A stretch of 64,000 nt of DNA from Desulfobacterales bacterium (GTDB lineage Bacteria > Desulfobacterota > Desulfobacteria > Desulfobacterales > UBA5852): contig CAXXVS010000002.1 in the NCBI GenBank assembly GCA_963674755.2, forward strand, positions 928,001 to 992,000, written 5' to 3'. The translations under genes were made by a program, and so were the position numbers. Shown piece after piece: positions 1 to 10,324 of the stretch; within the stretch, counting starts at the first letter, position 1, and the number at the start of each line of letters is the position of its first letter. The notes under the pieces are model-generated. The model was given only the letters and a program-made list of their open reading frames with translations. It was not told the DNA's origin and made no database searches.

Positions 1-390
1 GCGGGCGGCCGTCGATCCATGCTATCGGCTGAACAACATCTTCTTGGTCTGGACCATGCCGATATCGGATACGAGGTTTGTAAACATTGGAACATTCCGG
101 AAACCATTTCGAAAGCGATTCGATTCCACCACAACCCATCTAATAGCGATCAGGATCCTTTATCATATATTGTTTTCATGGCTAATTCCATCGCCAATAT
201 CGTCAAATCCATGGAAGAAACCGAAGGGACGATCGCCCAGTTGGAAGGCATCGAAGGCTTTATGTACATGATCGACGATGATGTCCTTGATTTCTTAGAT
301 CTTCCTGAAGATGAGGTTCCCGCCATATTGACGGACGCTCGTGATGCCGTAAATAAGCTTTCCGAAGAGATGCAGATTTTAGCGAACTAG
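1..390 (+). CDS. HDOD/HD-type signal-transduction domain protein, C-terminal part (5'-truncated by window)
   Basis: Frame open from base 1; 'EQHLLGLDHADIGYEVCKHWNIPETISKAIRFHH' is the typical HDOD C-terminal signature. Confidence 0.85.
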   Translation, partial: AGGRRSMLSAEQHLLGLDHADIGYEVCKHWNIPETISKAIRFHHNPSNSDQDPLSYIVFMANSIANIVKSMEETEGTIAQLEGIEGFMYMIDDDVLDFLDLPEDEVPAILTDARDAVNKLSEEMQILAN

Positions 391-433
391 GCTTAAAATA
401 GCTGGCCTGCCGCCTTTTAATCACCAATCCAAC

Positions 434-470
434 AAGCGCCCTGGTCCACTGTGACCACGGGCGTTTTTAT
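434..470 (+). terminator. Intrinsic terminator after HDOD gene
   Basis: aagcgccc-tggtc/cactgt/gacca-c-gggcg hairpin followed by TTTTTAT. Confidence 0.6.
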
Positions 471-550
471 TGGACCTGCCCGGACGAAAACATCAAGTTT
501 TTGTCCGTCGCGCCGATAAAATTATTGTGGGTCGGCCAAATCATCTTACT

Positions 551-702
551 GAGCGCCCGTCCAGCGATGATGGATCTTGGTTCCAGCCAAGGCCGCAGTG
601 ATTCGGGAACCGACGGCGTAGTCGTGTGAGCGACAGCGTTGCGTAGCGGGGCTGGGGCGAAGACCGACAAAAGCCAAAGATGCCATTTGTGGATGGGCAC
701 TA
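551..702. repeat. MITE/REP-like interspersed repeat, copy 1
   Basis: Imperfect 13-bp terminal inverted repeats gagcgcccgtcca / tggatgggcacta; internal ttggttccagccaaggccgcagtgatt shared with 11291-11436. Confidence 0.7.
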
Positions 703-747
703 CCTAACAACCCGGGACGTTGGTCCGGACTGTGTTGAAGGAGCGCC

Positions 748-1575
748 ATGAACACACAGACCATTTTGCGAGGCGAGGGGGACGGCTTAACAACGACCGC
801 CGAGGAAGACTTAGGATATTCGCCGGAAGAGCATTTTGATCGGGCCATAGCCGTCTGTTCGCGGCTGTTGTTGGGAGTGGGCAATCCCGGGCATGACCTG
901 CAGGCGGCTCTGGCACAGCTTGCATTGGGTTTTGATGCGCGCCATGTGGTCTTGTTTCAGATCGAATCTTATCATACCGAAGATAACCGTGGGCGCAGGA
1001 TAGTCTGCTCCCAGGATGTTACCTGCCCTTATTGCAAAGATAGCCGAGATTGGGACTATATTGGTCTCATTGACAATGATATGCGCATGCGACTGGAGAG
1101 GGGACAAAGCTGCTCTCATGATGTTCGAAACCTCCCGCATCACTTGGCGCAGGGGTTTTATGAGCGCGACGTGGTACGACTGATAATGGTACCCCTGACC
1201 GTTCTAGGCAAATGGTGGGGGTTTTTATGCATCGAAGCATTGCAGGCCGACATAGAGAGGCTGCCGGTAGAGGAAAACCATCTTAAAACTGTGGGGGCTC
1301 TTTTTTCTGTATTCTATGAGCGGCAGCATGCCGTGGAAGGATTTCATGAACGCAAGGAGCTCTCCGGTGCTCTTGAAATGGCGGGAACGGTTTGTCACAA
1401 ATTAAATCAGCCCATGCAGGTGATCCTGGGCTATGCCAGCATGGTAACCTCCGGTGACATCAGCGAAAAGGAACAAATCATCGAAATCGTGCAGTTGATT
1501 GAAAATGAAACCCGGCAGATGGGCATCATCACGAAAAATCTAATGGGCATCACGAAAAATCGCGGCGCTGAATAG
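748..1575 (+). CDS. GAF domain + histidine-kinase dimerisation/phosphoacceptor (HisKA) protein lacking an ATPase domain
   Basis: GAF-like 'LIMVPLTVLGKWWGFLCIE'; H-box 'ALEMAGTVCHKLNQPMQVILG'; protein ends after the DHp helices; AAGGAG RBS. Confidence 0.75.
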   Translation: MNTQTILRGEGDGLTTTAEEDLGYSPEEHFDRAIAVCSRLLLGVGNPGHDLQAALAQLALGFDARHVVLFQIESYHTEDNRGRRIVCSQDVTCPYCKDSRDWDYIGLIDNDMRMRLERGQSCSHDVRNLPHHLAQGFYERDVVRLIMVPLTVLGKWWGFLCIEALQADIERLPVEENHLKTVGALFSVFYERQHAVEGFHERKELSGALEMAGTVCHKLNQPMQVILGYASMVTSGDISEKEQIIEIVQLIENETRQMGIITKNLMGITKNRGAE

Positions 1576-1591
1576 CGCCGCGATTTTTTTT
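1555..1591 (+). terminator. Intrinsic terminator overlapping the stop codon
   Basis: Perfect 15-bp stem aaaaatcgcggcgct/gaat/agcgccgcgattttt running into a T-tract. Confidence 0.85.
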
Positions 1592-1618
1592 CACTAGGGA
1601 GGGCAAGAAGGGGTTTCC

Positions 1619-2653
1619 ATGCGGGTATCCATTTGCCGCGAAACACTGTCAACGGCTGAAGGAGGCCGATCAAATGCCAGCGTTGTGAACCTCAAGGCCG
1701 GGGGTCTGCTGCAAGCCAGAATTGTCGAAATAACGGCCTCCGGAAAAACCGTGTTCCAATTTGACGGTTTTCGGGCGGTGGCAGGAAGACGGGTGGAAGG
1801 ACAGATAGGTGATATTTGGCAGTTTGAAGTCCTTCGGGATATGAATGCGCAAAGCGACCGCTCGCAGCAACGACACAGCGCAGCAAATCCGGCACAACCA
1901 GTGGGTCGACCGCGAATCTCCAATGCGGTGTCGCAGAGCAGCATAAGCTTGCGATTGATACCGCTATCAGGAAAACATGACGCTTTCGAATCCTCCAAGA
2001 ATGCACCGGCAACATCGCTTCGAATGACCTTCTCCGGTGTGGCCATCCCTGTAACGCCGCCCGGTTTGAGCAGCCAGGTCTTGCAGCCCGTGCAGGTTCT
2101 ATGGACATGGCTTCAGCAGATGCGCGATGCTATGCCGTGGTCAGGTGAAATTGGGGCAAAGTCGACCCTGAAGCAGTGGAAGCTTCAAACGGAGGCCCGG
2201 GAAAAGGCATCGCCACAATTGCTGGATCACCCTGATCCAGCAGATTTGAAAAAGGTCGATCGCTCGGGAGAGCCCTGGCATCATATTATGTCAGGTGGCT
2301 TCCAGCTTGGCCAACGACGGATCAAGATGAACCTCTATAGGCGTTCTTCTGGGAGGGAAGCGAATGCCCCCCCCAACTTATTGAAAGCGGTTTTTCTTCT
2401 GGACCTTGAGAATGCCGGAGCAATGCGGGTGGATATCAAGATGGGGGCCGAGCACATTCAGGTGGGCATTTTCGTCAAGGATGAAGATACCCGCAGCCGA
2501 TTTTCAGCGGGATTGCCGGCGTTGACCAACGCTTTGTCAGCACTTAGCAAACAGTGTTATTGCCATGTGGCGGTGGACGCCTCCAAGATTCAGGAAGGTT
2601 ACGAAGAGCAACTCGTGATCCCGGAAGCAGTGCGGTTGAATATCCAGGCCTGA
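1619..2653 (+). CDS. Flagellar hook-length control protein FliK-like (C-terminal domain)
   Basis: C-terminal 'FLLDLENAGAMRVDIKMGAEHIQVGIFV...LPALTNAL...LNIQA' resembles FliK_C; directly followed by an FlhB-like gene. Confidence 0.65.
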   Translation: MRVSICRETLSTAEGGRSNASVVNLKAGGLLQARIVEITASGKTVFQFDGFRAVAGRRVEGQIGDIWQFEVLRDMNAQSDRSQQRHSAANPAQPVGRPRISNAVSQSSISLRLIPLSGKHDAFESSKNAPATSLRMTFSGVAIPVTPPGLSSQVLQPVQVLWTWLQQMRDAMPWSGEIGAKSTLKQWKLQTEAREKASPQLLDHPDPADLKKVDRSGEPWHHIMSGGFQLGQRRIKMNLYRRSSGREANAPPNLLKAVFLLDLENAGAMRVDIKMGAEHIQVGIFVKDEDTRSRFSAGLPALTNALSALSKQCYCHVAVDASKIQEGYEEQLVIPEAVRLNIQA

Positions 2654-2658
2654 ACCCT

Positions 2659-2913
2659 ATGAAAAAAACACCCCGTCAAGCTGTGGCACTGCGCTACGAC
2701 CACCAAAAGGACCAGGCCCCCTGTGTCTTGGCCAAAGGATCCGGTTATATCGCGGAGAAAATCATCCAAGCAGCGCAACAATACGACATTCCTCTGGTGC
2801 AGGATCCGGTGGCCGAGGAATTGCTCAGCCAGGTGGAGCTGGGAAAGACGATTCCCCCTGAATTCTATCGAGCCGTAGCTGAAATACTGGCCTTCGTGTA
2901 TCGTTTGAAATGA
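2659..2913 (+). CDS. Small FlhB C-terminal-like protein (EscU/YscU/HrcU family, FlhX/YlqH type)
   Basis: 'AVALRYD...APCVLAKGSGYIAEKII...IPPEFYRAVAEILAFVY'; ATG at 2659. Confidence 0.9.
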   Translation: MKKTPRQAVALRYDHQKDQAPCVLAKGSGYIAEKIIQAAQQYDIPLVQDPVAEELLSQVELGKTIPPEFYRAVAEILAFVYRLK

Positions 2914-3063
2914 CGAAACGGACGCAATTACCGCTCCGACCTGTTCAATCAGGGCTTTTCAAGCGCTTCAAATGAAAAGAACGGCATCCTGATACCCGGC
3001 CTTGGGCGAGATCTACCAAAGCATTTTTTCGGCCTGACGTGCCTGCCCGCAGGCGCATCCAGG

Positions 3064-3318
3064 TTATGCTGCGGAAGACGACCAGGCGCCCGCGACGCTG
3101 CTCACGACAAAAGGCTCGGCATCGTGAATGGCCGTCGAATAATGTTTGCATACCGGGCAGAATTTGCGGGGCATGCCGCGGCCGGTCCATAAAAGCTTAA
3201 CGCGGTGATGGGTTCCACACTTCGGGCAAACGCATTCCGTCGATGTCTCGCGCAAACAGACAGCCTGGATGGATTCAATTCTTTTTTCGTCGTCGCTCTT
3301 TCCCGTTTCCTCTCTCAT
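3064..3318 (-). CDS. Small zinc-ribbon-like protein
   Basis: 84 aa, CxCPxC...CPxC ('CVCPKCGTHH...FCPVCK'); GGAG RBS; sigma54 promoter upstream. Confidence 0.7.
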   Translation of the reverse strand: MREETGKSDDEKRIESIQAVCLRETSTECVCPKCGTHHRVKLLWTGRGMPRKFCPVCKHYSTAIHDAEPFVVSSVAGAWSSSAA

Positions 3319-3435
3319 TGTCCGTTCTCCATTTAAGAATTGGGATCGAGGGGTTGTGGGCGTGGATAACCGGTCAAAATCGTCAGGCAGTAGGATGTTC
3401 CGTTACCCCTGTGATTGCCATTGGTTAAACAATAT

Positions 3436-3452
3436 AAGCAATTCTAATGCCA
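3436..3452 (-). promoter_or_regulatory. Sigma54 (-24/-12) promoter
   Basis: Minus strand TGGCATTAGAATTGCTT matches TGGCAC-N5-TTGC. Confidence 0.75.
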
Positions 3453-3558
3453 TATTATCTAAGTCTAATTTTCTACATAATACCGGACAGACACGGACGG
3501 GAGAAATCGAAAGACCCTATCGGCTTGACGGGATTTGTCAGGCTATATGCCGTTATAC

Positions 3559-3572
3559 GTCATAAATATGAC
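3559..3572. promoter_or_regulatory. Putative enhancer-binding-protein site (GTCA-N6-TGAC palindrome)
   Basis: GTCATAAATATGAC about 110 bp upstream of the sigma54 promoter. Confidence 0.5.
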
Positions 3573-3782
3573 ATATAAGATGAATTCGATTTAATTTTAG
3601 AGAGGGAATTTTGGCGTTTGGAAGGTGGACAGGGGGCGATTATTACATGGCACCCCCTGCCATTCCTCCTGAAGGTCGCAGGACGGTGGGGCCCGCGACG
3701 ACCCGGAATGGCCTATCGACCTTTTCGTCGACGATCTTTAACACAAATCGCATACAGGGATCGGTTTTTCGCTGGGGTGCCT

Positions 3783-4253
3783 TCAAGCGCTCAGGGCCTG
3801 ATCTGGGATGGCCTCCATTGTTTCCAATGTCAAGGTGTCGGCATGCAGATCGTAAATCTTACGGTTGTCCAGCCAGTTCACAGCATCGGCCATGGAAGGG
3901 AAGAGGGCGAAGTCGCGCGGGAGTTTGTGCTCTTTGACCCAGATGGAAAAACTATGGAAAAGGCGTTGGGAACTGCTGTAAATATGGGGGATTTTTTCCT
4001 GGTGGACAATGGCGGTTTTGCCGGGTACATGCCGGTTGGCATCATAGGCTGAACGCAGATGCTCCGCCAGTCTGAAAAGGTCCATGGAACTGATGGAGTT
4101 GAGGTTCAGGCGGCGAATATCGAAAATCTCAAATTGAGCCGGAGCCTGCAGGTAGGCGCGCATGGCGCTTAGCAAATCGTTGAGGTTGAACGTATCCGAC
4201 CAGGTGTGGAGCGCAAAATCGGTATGATGGTAATGCACAAAATCAATGGCCAT
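3783..4253 (-). CDS. Hypothetical protein, possibly STAS/SEC14 (SpoIIAA-like) fold
   Basis: 'EIFDIRRL...KTAIVH...ALFPSMADAVNWL' pattern; ATG 4253 with GGGAGG RBS. Confidence 0.55.
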   Translation of the reverse strand: MAIDFVHYHHTDFALHTWSDTFNLNDLLSAMRAYLQAPAQFEIFDIRRLNLNSISSMDLFRLAEHLRSAYDANRHVPGKTAIVHQEKIPHIYSSSQRLFHSFSIWVKEHKLPRDFALFPSMADAVNWLDNRKIYDLHADTLTLETMEAIPDQALSA

Positions 4254-4600
4254 AACCTGCCTCCCTGCAGTGTTACAGCCGAACCCGCTGTGTCGCTTCA
4301 TATCTAACCACATAACTCATGGATTATCAAGTAAAATCAACGAGAGAAAAGATGTTTTAGGAACAGCGGCCCGTCTGGTCAAACCGGCCATGATCGATTG
4401 TGATCGGCGGCGGAGAATCTGTTGAAAATCCCGCTCTTCGACCCTTGCAGCAATTTTCCCCATGACATTTTTCTATCGACCGCCAGCAACCGATCCGTGC
4501 ATCGGCCTTCGCCCGCTTGGCGCTGGACGGATGACGGTCGTTGTGGCATGGTGGCGTTCAATTTGGCTTTCAGCATTCATCCACGAAAGGGGACAGGCGC

Positions 4601-5305
4601 GTGGCCCGGAAAAAATTTTATGCTGTCCGCCGTGGGCACCGCAGCGGCATTTATACGGAATGGTTCGGTCCGCAAGGCGCCCAGGTGCAGGTGAAGGGCT
4701 TTGCAGGCGCCCAATACCGGGGCTTTGCAACGCGTGCTGAAGCACAGGCCTTTCTGGAAGGGTCTTCGCCTGCTGCCAAAGCCCCCCTCACTCACGAAGC
4801 ATTATCGATAGAGGACGAGCCCCACATAGTGGTGTTTACCGACGGAGGGGCCATCGGGAATCCCGGACCCGGTGGTTACGGCGTCGTTATCCTTCCTCCG
4901 AACGGCGAACGCCAGGAGCTCTCCGGCGGTTATCGATGGACGACCAACAACCGCATGGAATTGATGGCCTGTATAACGGCCCTCGATCACCTGGAACCGG
5001 ATTTGCCGATTATCTTGCACAGCGATTCCCGCTATATGGTGGATGCCATCAACAAGCGATGGGCTGTCGGCTGGCGGAAAAGGGGGTGGAAAAAAGCCGA
5101 CGGTCAGCCGGCTAAAAATCCGGATTTGTGGGCCCGGCTGCTGCAGCGTCTTGAAATGCTCCAGGTGACCTTCAGGTGGGTCAAAGGGCATGCCGGACAG
5201 GAATGGAACGAGCGTTGCGACCAATTGGCCGGGCAGGCCATGAATCAGACCGATCTGCCAGCCGACATTGGCTACGAAGAGGGGATGCTGAACACGAAAA
5301 ACTGA
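4601..5305 (+). CDS. rnhA: Ribonuclease HI with N-terminal hybrid-binding (viroplasmin/Cauli_VI) domain
   Basis: 'KFYAVRRGHRSGIYTEW' hybrid-binding domain; 'FTDGGAIGNPGPGG', 'TNNRMEL', 'WVKGHAG', 'NERCD'; GTG start at 4601. Confidence 0.95.
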   Translation: MARKKFYAVRRGHRSGIYTEWFGPQGAQVQVKGFAGAQYRGFATRAEAQAFLEGSSPAAKAPLTHEALSIEDEPHIVVFTDGGAIGNPGPGGYGVVILPPNGERQELSGGYRWTTNNRMELMACITALDHLEPDLPIILHSDSRYMVDAINKRWAVGWRKRGWKKADGQPAKNPDLWARLLQRLEMLQVTFRWVKGHAGQEWNERCDQLAGQAMNQTDLPADIGYEEGMLNTKN

Positions 5306-5327
5306 AGCGTTTTGAATCCCAGACCTG

Positions 5328-5870
5328 TTAGCGCCACCCGACCGGTTCGTATCCCTTGTCACGGAGGCATTTCTCCACAAAACGGCGAAAGGTGGGACCC
5401 GGATCTCCCGACCGGATGACGCCACGGGTCAAAGCGCCGGCCGCCCCACCGGCCGCACCGGCTGCCGCCCCTTTGCCGACGCTGCCCAGCACAGCGCCCA
5501 CCGCCGCTCCGGTTGCGCCCCCCACGGCCGCGCCACTGGCTGTATCTTTGGCAATCTCAGCACCCGCCTGCGTATCCGCCCCATAGGTCCTTGCCAATTC
5601 CATGCAACGGTCGATGTCGGTCTCGGCGGCTTCCTGCCCAACCTGGGTTAGCTGGTAGTTGGGGTAGAGGACCGGGCGTTTCGATCCACACCCCCCCATT
5701 ATGCCCAGAGCGACCAGCATCAGCCAAACCGCAGAGGGGCGGATGGAACCAGCGCGGATAAAAGTCTCCCAATCGGATCGTGAGGTCTTTTCCCTATGGC
5801 ATCGGTTCATCATGGTCATGCGGGCCATCACCTTCTTTCTGTTTATGTGGCTGTTCCTACCATAAACCAA
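5328..5870 (-). CDS. Glycine-zipper lipoprotein (start uncertain, probably downstream of 5870)
   Basis: Lipobox-like 'IMGGC'; 'GAAVGGATGAAVGAV...GAAAGAAGG'; C-terminal 'EKCLRDKGY'. Confidence 0.8.
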   Translation of the reverse strand: MVYGRNSHINRKKVMARMTMMNRCHREKTSRSDWETFIRAGSIRPSAVWLMLVALGIMGGCGSKRPVLYPNYQLTQVGQEAAETDIDRCMELARTYGADTQAGAEIAKDTASGAAVGGATGAAVGAVLGSVGKGAAAGAAGGAAGALTRGVIRSGDPGPTFRRFVEKCLRDKGYEPVGWR

Positions 5871-5892
5871 TGAAGATGGGCGAAGCGCATCC

Positions 5893-6507
5893 TCATTTTC
5901 CGGAAGAGGAATCGACTTCGGGCTTTAAAGGTTTTGCGACGGTTTTTACGGGCATCACCCTATCGTTGCCCTGACGGCCGGAGCGTCTGCCATGTGCACG
6001 GTCAATGCGATTAAGCGCCACACGACGCTGCATAGCATCCTTCAGGACATGGTCAAAAGACTTGATGCGGTTTCGTTCCCCGGATGTTCCGGAAGAAGCG
6101 GGATAGCGGTACCAGGGCCGGAATCGGTATTGGGGGGCGTTCTGCAGCCAGCGGAAAATGTGTCTCAAGACCTTGGCGGGATCGATTGACTGTAAGGCGG
6201 CCAGCAGCCGGTCACCTTTTTGGCGTGGCATTGCATCGGAGGGCGACGAAGGGAAATCCGGCGGCGGGTTTCTTTCAGATGCGGCCGAGCGACGCTTCCT
6301 GGGCGGTGCTGCTACCTGCTGCTTTAAAAACGCATAGGCCAGGTTGGCATCCTGGATGTTTTTCTCTGCCAGGCGTTTCAGCGTGGAGCCTTGCGAATAC
6401 CGGTCGGGATGCCAGATTTTGACCTGCTGGCGATAGGCTTTTTTGATATCGGCCAGGGACGGACTTCCGACGAGTCCTAAAATCTCCTGTGCTTTGGCAG
6501 TATTCAT
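5893..6507 (-). CDS. J-domain (DnaJ-like) protein
   Basis: N-terminal 'ILGL...IKKAYRQQVKIWHPDRY' with HPD motif. Confidence 0.85.
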   Translation of the reverse strand: MNTAKAQEILGLVGSPSLADIKKAYRQQVKIWHPDRYSQGSTLKRLAEKNIQDANLAYAFLKQQVAAPPRKRRSAASERNPPPDFPSSPSDAMPRQKGDRLLAALQSIDPAKVLRHIFRWLQNAPQYRFRPWYRYPASSGTSGERNRIKSFDHVLKDAMQRRVALNRIDRAHGRRSGRQGNDRVMPVKTVAKPLKPEVDSSSGK

Positions 6508-6538
6508 ACGTGGCTTTCGCAGCGCCGCGCATTGCGGC

Positions 6539-6934
6539 CTATTCCCAACGGTTGTCCCCGTGGTGGCGCAATTCGATCGTGTGGATATCCCCTTTTTCGC
6601 TGATCAGCATGGTTACGCTGAAGCTGACGATACTGATGATGAGCGAACCCAAAATAGCGGCCCAGAAGCCGTGGACGTTAAAGCCGGGAATCAGGGAAGA
6701 GGCCATTTTGAGCATGGCGGCGTTGATCACAAAGGTGAAAAATCCCAGGGACAAAACGTTGATCGGAAGGGTTAGAATCAGGAGAATCGGGCGGAAGAAA
6801 GCGTTCAGAAAACCCAACATGGCAGCAGCCAGAAAAGCGGCCAGAAATCCGCTCACCTGAATGCCGTCCAACAGATAGGACGCAACGCCGATGGCGCAGG
6901 TCACCGTAATCCAGCGAACCATCAATCCTCTCAT
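6539..6934 (-). CDS. Four-TMS phage-holin-family membrane protein (YvlD/DUF360)
   Basis: 'LNAFFRPILLILTLPINVLSLGFFTFVINA...GFWAAILGS'; ATG 6934 with GGAGG RBS. Confidence 0.9.
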   Translation of the reverse strand: MRGLMVRWITVTCAIGVASYLLDGIQVSGFLAAFLAAAMLGFLNAFFRPILLILTLPINVLSLGFFTFVINAAMLKMASSLIPGFNVHGFWAAILGSLIISIVSFSVTMLISEKGDIHTIELRHHGDNRWE

Positions 6935-7091
6935 CTTGCCTCCCTTGCAATCATGCTTGAATCCCATACGCCGCCAGCCCCACTATAAACATCCCGACGA
7001 ACAATGGCCACGCGGCATGTCCGGCAGCGAAAGAAAAATGCTGCTGCCGGGATCGGCGCGTCAGGGGCGGGAACAGGAAGCAAGGCTTTGA

Positions 7092-8441
<1,350 letters not shown>

Positions 8442-8554
8442 GGATTACGACTCCTTTGGGTTTGATTATCGTGTCTGGCGGGCAAGCTTCCCCTGATCGC
8501 GATTTGGATCGTTTTGTCAGGAAATTCCCCGATGGTCGCCTCTGATCCCCTATA

Positions 8555-10252
8555 TTATATGTATCCCCGCTGCCCCAGGGCAACGAGGACCTGCTGGGCC
8601 GCTTCGTCCGGTGAAAGCTCGGTCGTGTCCACCCACACTTCGGGGTTCTCGGGGATTTCGTAGGGGTCGTCCACCCCGGTAAACCCTTTGATCAAACCGG
8701 CCCGGGCCTTGGCGTACATCCCCTTGCGATCACGCTGCTCGCAGGTGTCGATGGGAGTGGCCACGTGGACTTCAAAAAACCCACCGTATTCTTCGATGAT
8801 CTGCCGGATTTCACGGCGCGTGGTTTCGTAGGGCGCAATCGGGGCGCAGATGGCGATGCCCCGGTTTTTGGTGATCTCGCTGGCCACGAACCCGATGCGC
8901 CGGACGTTGATGTCCCGGTCCTCCTTGGAAAAAGTCAGTTTGCTGGACAGGTTGCGTCTGACGATATCCCCGTCCAGAAGGGTCACCGGCCGATCCCCTT
9001 TTTCCAGAAATTTGGCCAAAAGGACTTGGGCGATGGTGGACTTGCCGGCCCCGGATAGGCCTGTCATGAACACCGTAAAGCCCCGGCGGCGCGGTGGGGG
9101 ATACGAGCGGCGAATTTCGGCCATGACTTCCGGGAAGGTGAACCAGGAGGGCACCCGTTTGCCGGAACCGATGCGGTCGCGGATGTCGGTGCCGCTCATG
9201 GCAATGGTCTGAGCCCCCTCCGGCACCTGGTCCACGAACCGGAATTCATCTTCAAAGGGCAGGTAGACCATTTCTTCGATGGGAACGATGGCGACCCCGA
9301 TTTCCTCGGTCAGTTCTTCGGCGGCGCGTCGCGCCGCTTCGGGTGGATAATACGGGCTGCCGTGGAGGTCCTTGCCCGGGCCGGCGTGGTCGTGGCCGAC
9401 GATAAAATGAGTGCATCCGAAATTGCGGGCGATGATGGCGTGCAGCAGGGCCTCGCGTGGACCGGCCAGGCGCATGGCCAGGGGCAGCAGGTTGAGGATA
9501 TGGCTGTCCGGCGGGTAATGGTGGGCCATGGCCTTGTGGCAGCGCACGCGGGTATAGTGGTCGAAATCCCCCGGCTTGGTCATGCCAACAACAGGCATCA
9601 GAAGCAAATTGGCGCCGGTCTGGTGCATGGCATGCAGGGTCATCTCGAACTGGGGCCGGTGGAGGGGGTGACGCGTCTGGAAGCCGACAATGCGCTTCCA
9701 GCCCAGCTTTTGATACATGGCCCGGACTTCCCGGGGGCTGAACCGATTTTGTTTGAAGTCGAACCGCAACGGAGCGCTCAGTACCTCCAGGGCACCGCCC
9801 ACGTAATAGTCGCCGCAGCGCTGGAAGAGGTAGTGGACGCCGGGATGATGAGGATCGGAGGTGCCATATACGCTGCGGGCTTCCTTTTCACGCTCCACCG
9901 GCCACAAGTCTTCGATGTGCATGATGGCCAGCAGGAACCCCTCGGGATCCCGCAGGGTGACGGACTGTCCCACCTCGAGGCTCCGGGCGCTATTCTCGGA
10001 AATATCCAGCGTGACGGGCAGGGGCCACAGGGTGCCGTCCTGCAAACGCATGCGATCCAGGACAGATTCGTAGTCCGAGCGCGTCATGAAGCGGTCCAGA
10101 GGCGAGAAAACGCCGGAGGCGATAAGCTCTAAATCGCACAAATGCCTTTCGTTCAAGGTAATGTCCGGCAGGCTGAGGGACAGCTCCTTGAGCAGGCGTT
10201 TGCGTTCATCATCGACGAGAAGATCGACCAGTGCCGGGGCGGCTGCATCCAT
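8555..10252 (-). CDS. cysC: Sulfate adenylyltransferase/adenylyl-sulfate kinase fusion (Sat-CysC); ATP-sulfurylase motifs substituted
   Basis: N-terminal Sat fold; C-terminal APS kinase 'GLSGAGKST', 'LLDGDIVR', 'RDRKGMYAKAR', 'FTGVDDPYE'. Confidence 0.92.
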   Translation of the reverse strand: MDAAAPALVDLLVDDERKRLLKELSLSLPDITLNERHLCDLELIASGVFSPLDRFMTRSDYESVLDRMRLQDGTLWPLPVTLDISENSARSLEVGQSVTLRDPEGFLLAIMHIEDLWPVEREKEARSVYGTSDPHHPGVHYLFQRCGDYYVGGALEVLSAPLRFDFKQNRFSPREVRAMYQKLGWKRIVGFQTRHPLHRPQFEMTLHAMHQTGANLLLMPVVGMTKPGDFDHYTRVRCHKAMAHHYPPDSHILNLLPLAMRLAGPREALLHAIIARNFGCTHFIVGHDHAGPGKDLHGSPYYPPEAARRAAEELTEEIGVAIVPIEEMVYLPFEDEFRFVDQVPEGAQTIAMSGTDIRDRIGSGKRVPSWFTFPEVMAEIRRSYPPPRRRGFTVFMTGLSGAGKSTIAQVLLAKFLEKGDRPVTLLDGDIVRRNLSSKLTFSKEDRDINVRRIGFVASEITKNRGIAICAPIAPYETTRREIRQIIEEYGGFFEVHVATPIDTCEQRDRKGMYAKARAGLIKGFTGVDDPYEIPENPEVWVDTTELSPDEAAQQVLVALGQRGYI

Positions 10253-10324
10253 TGCGGGCTCCAGGAATTAAGATAAAGAAAAAAGGGCCGGATATGGCCG
10301 GCATCCCAAGGACGCCTCTGCGGA

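Noticed and set aside
6539..6934. Holin-family gene as evidence of a prophage
   Set aside because: No endolysin, integrase or structural genes nearby; YvlD-type proteins are common chromosomal membrane proteins
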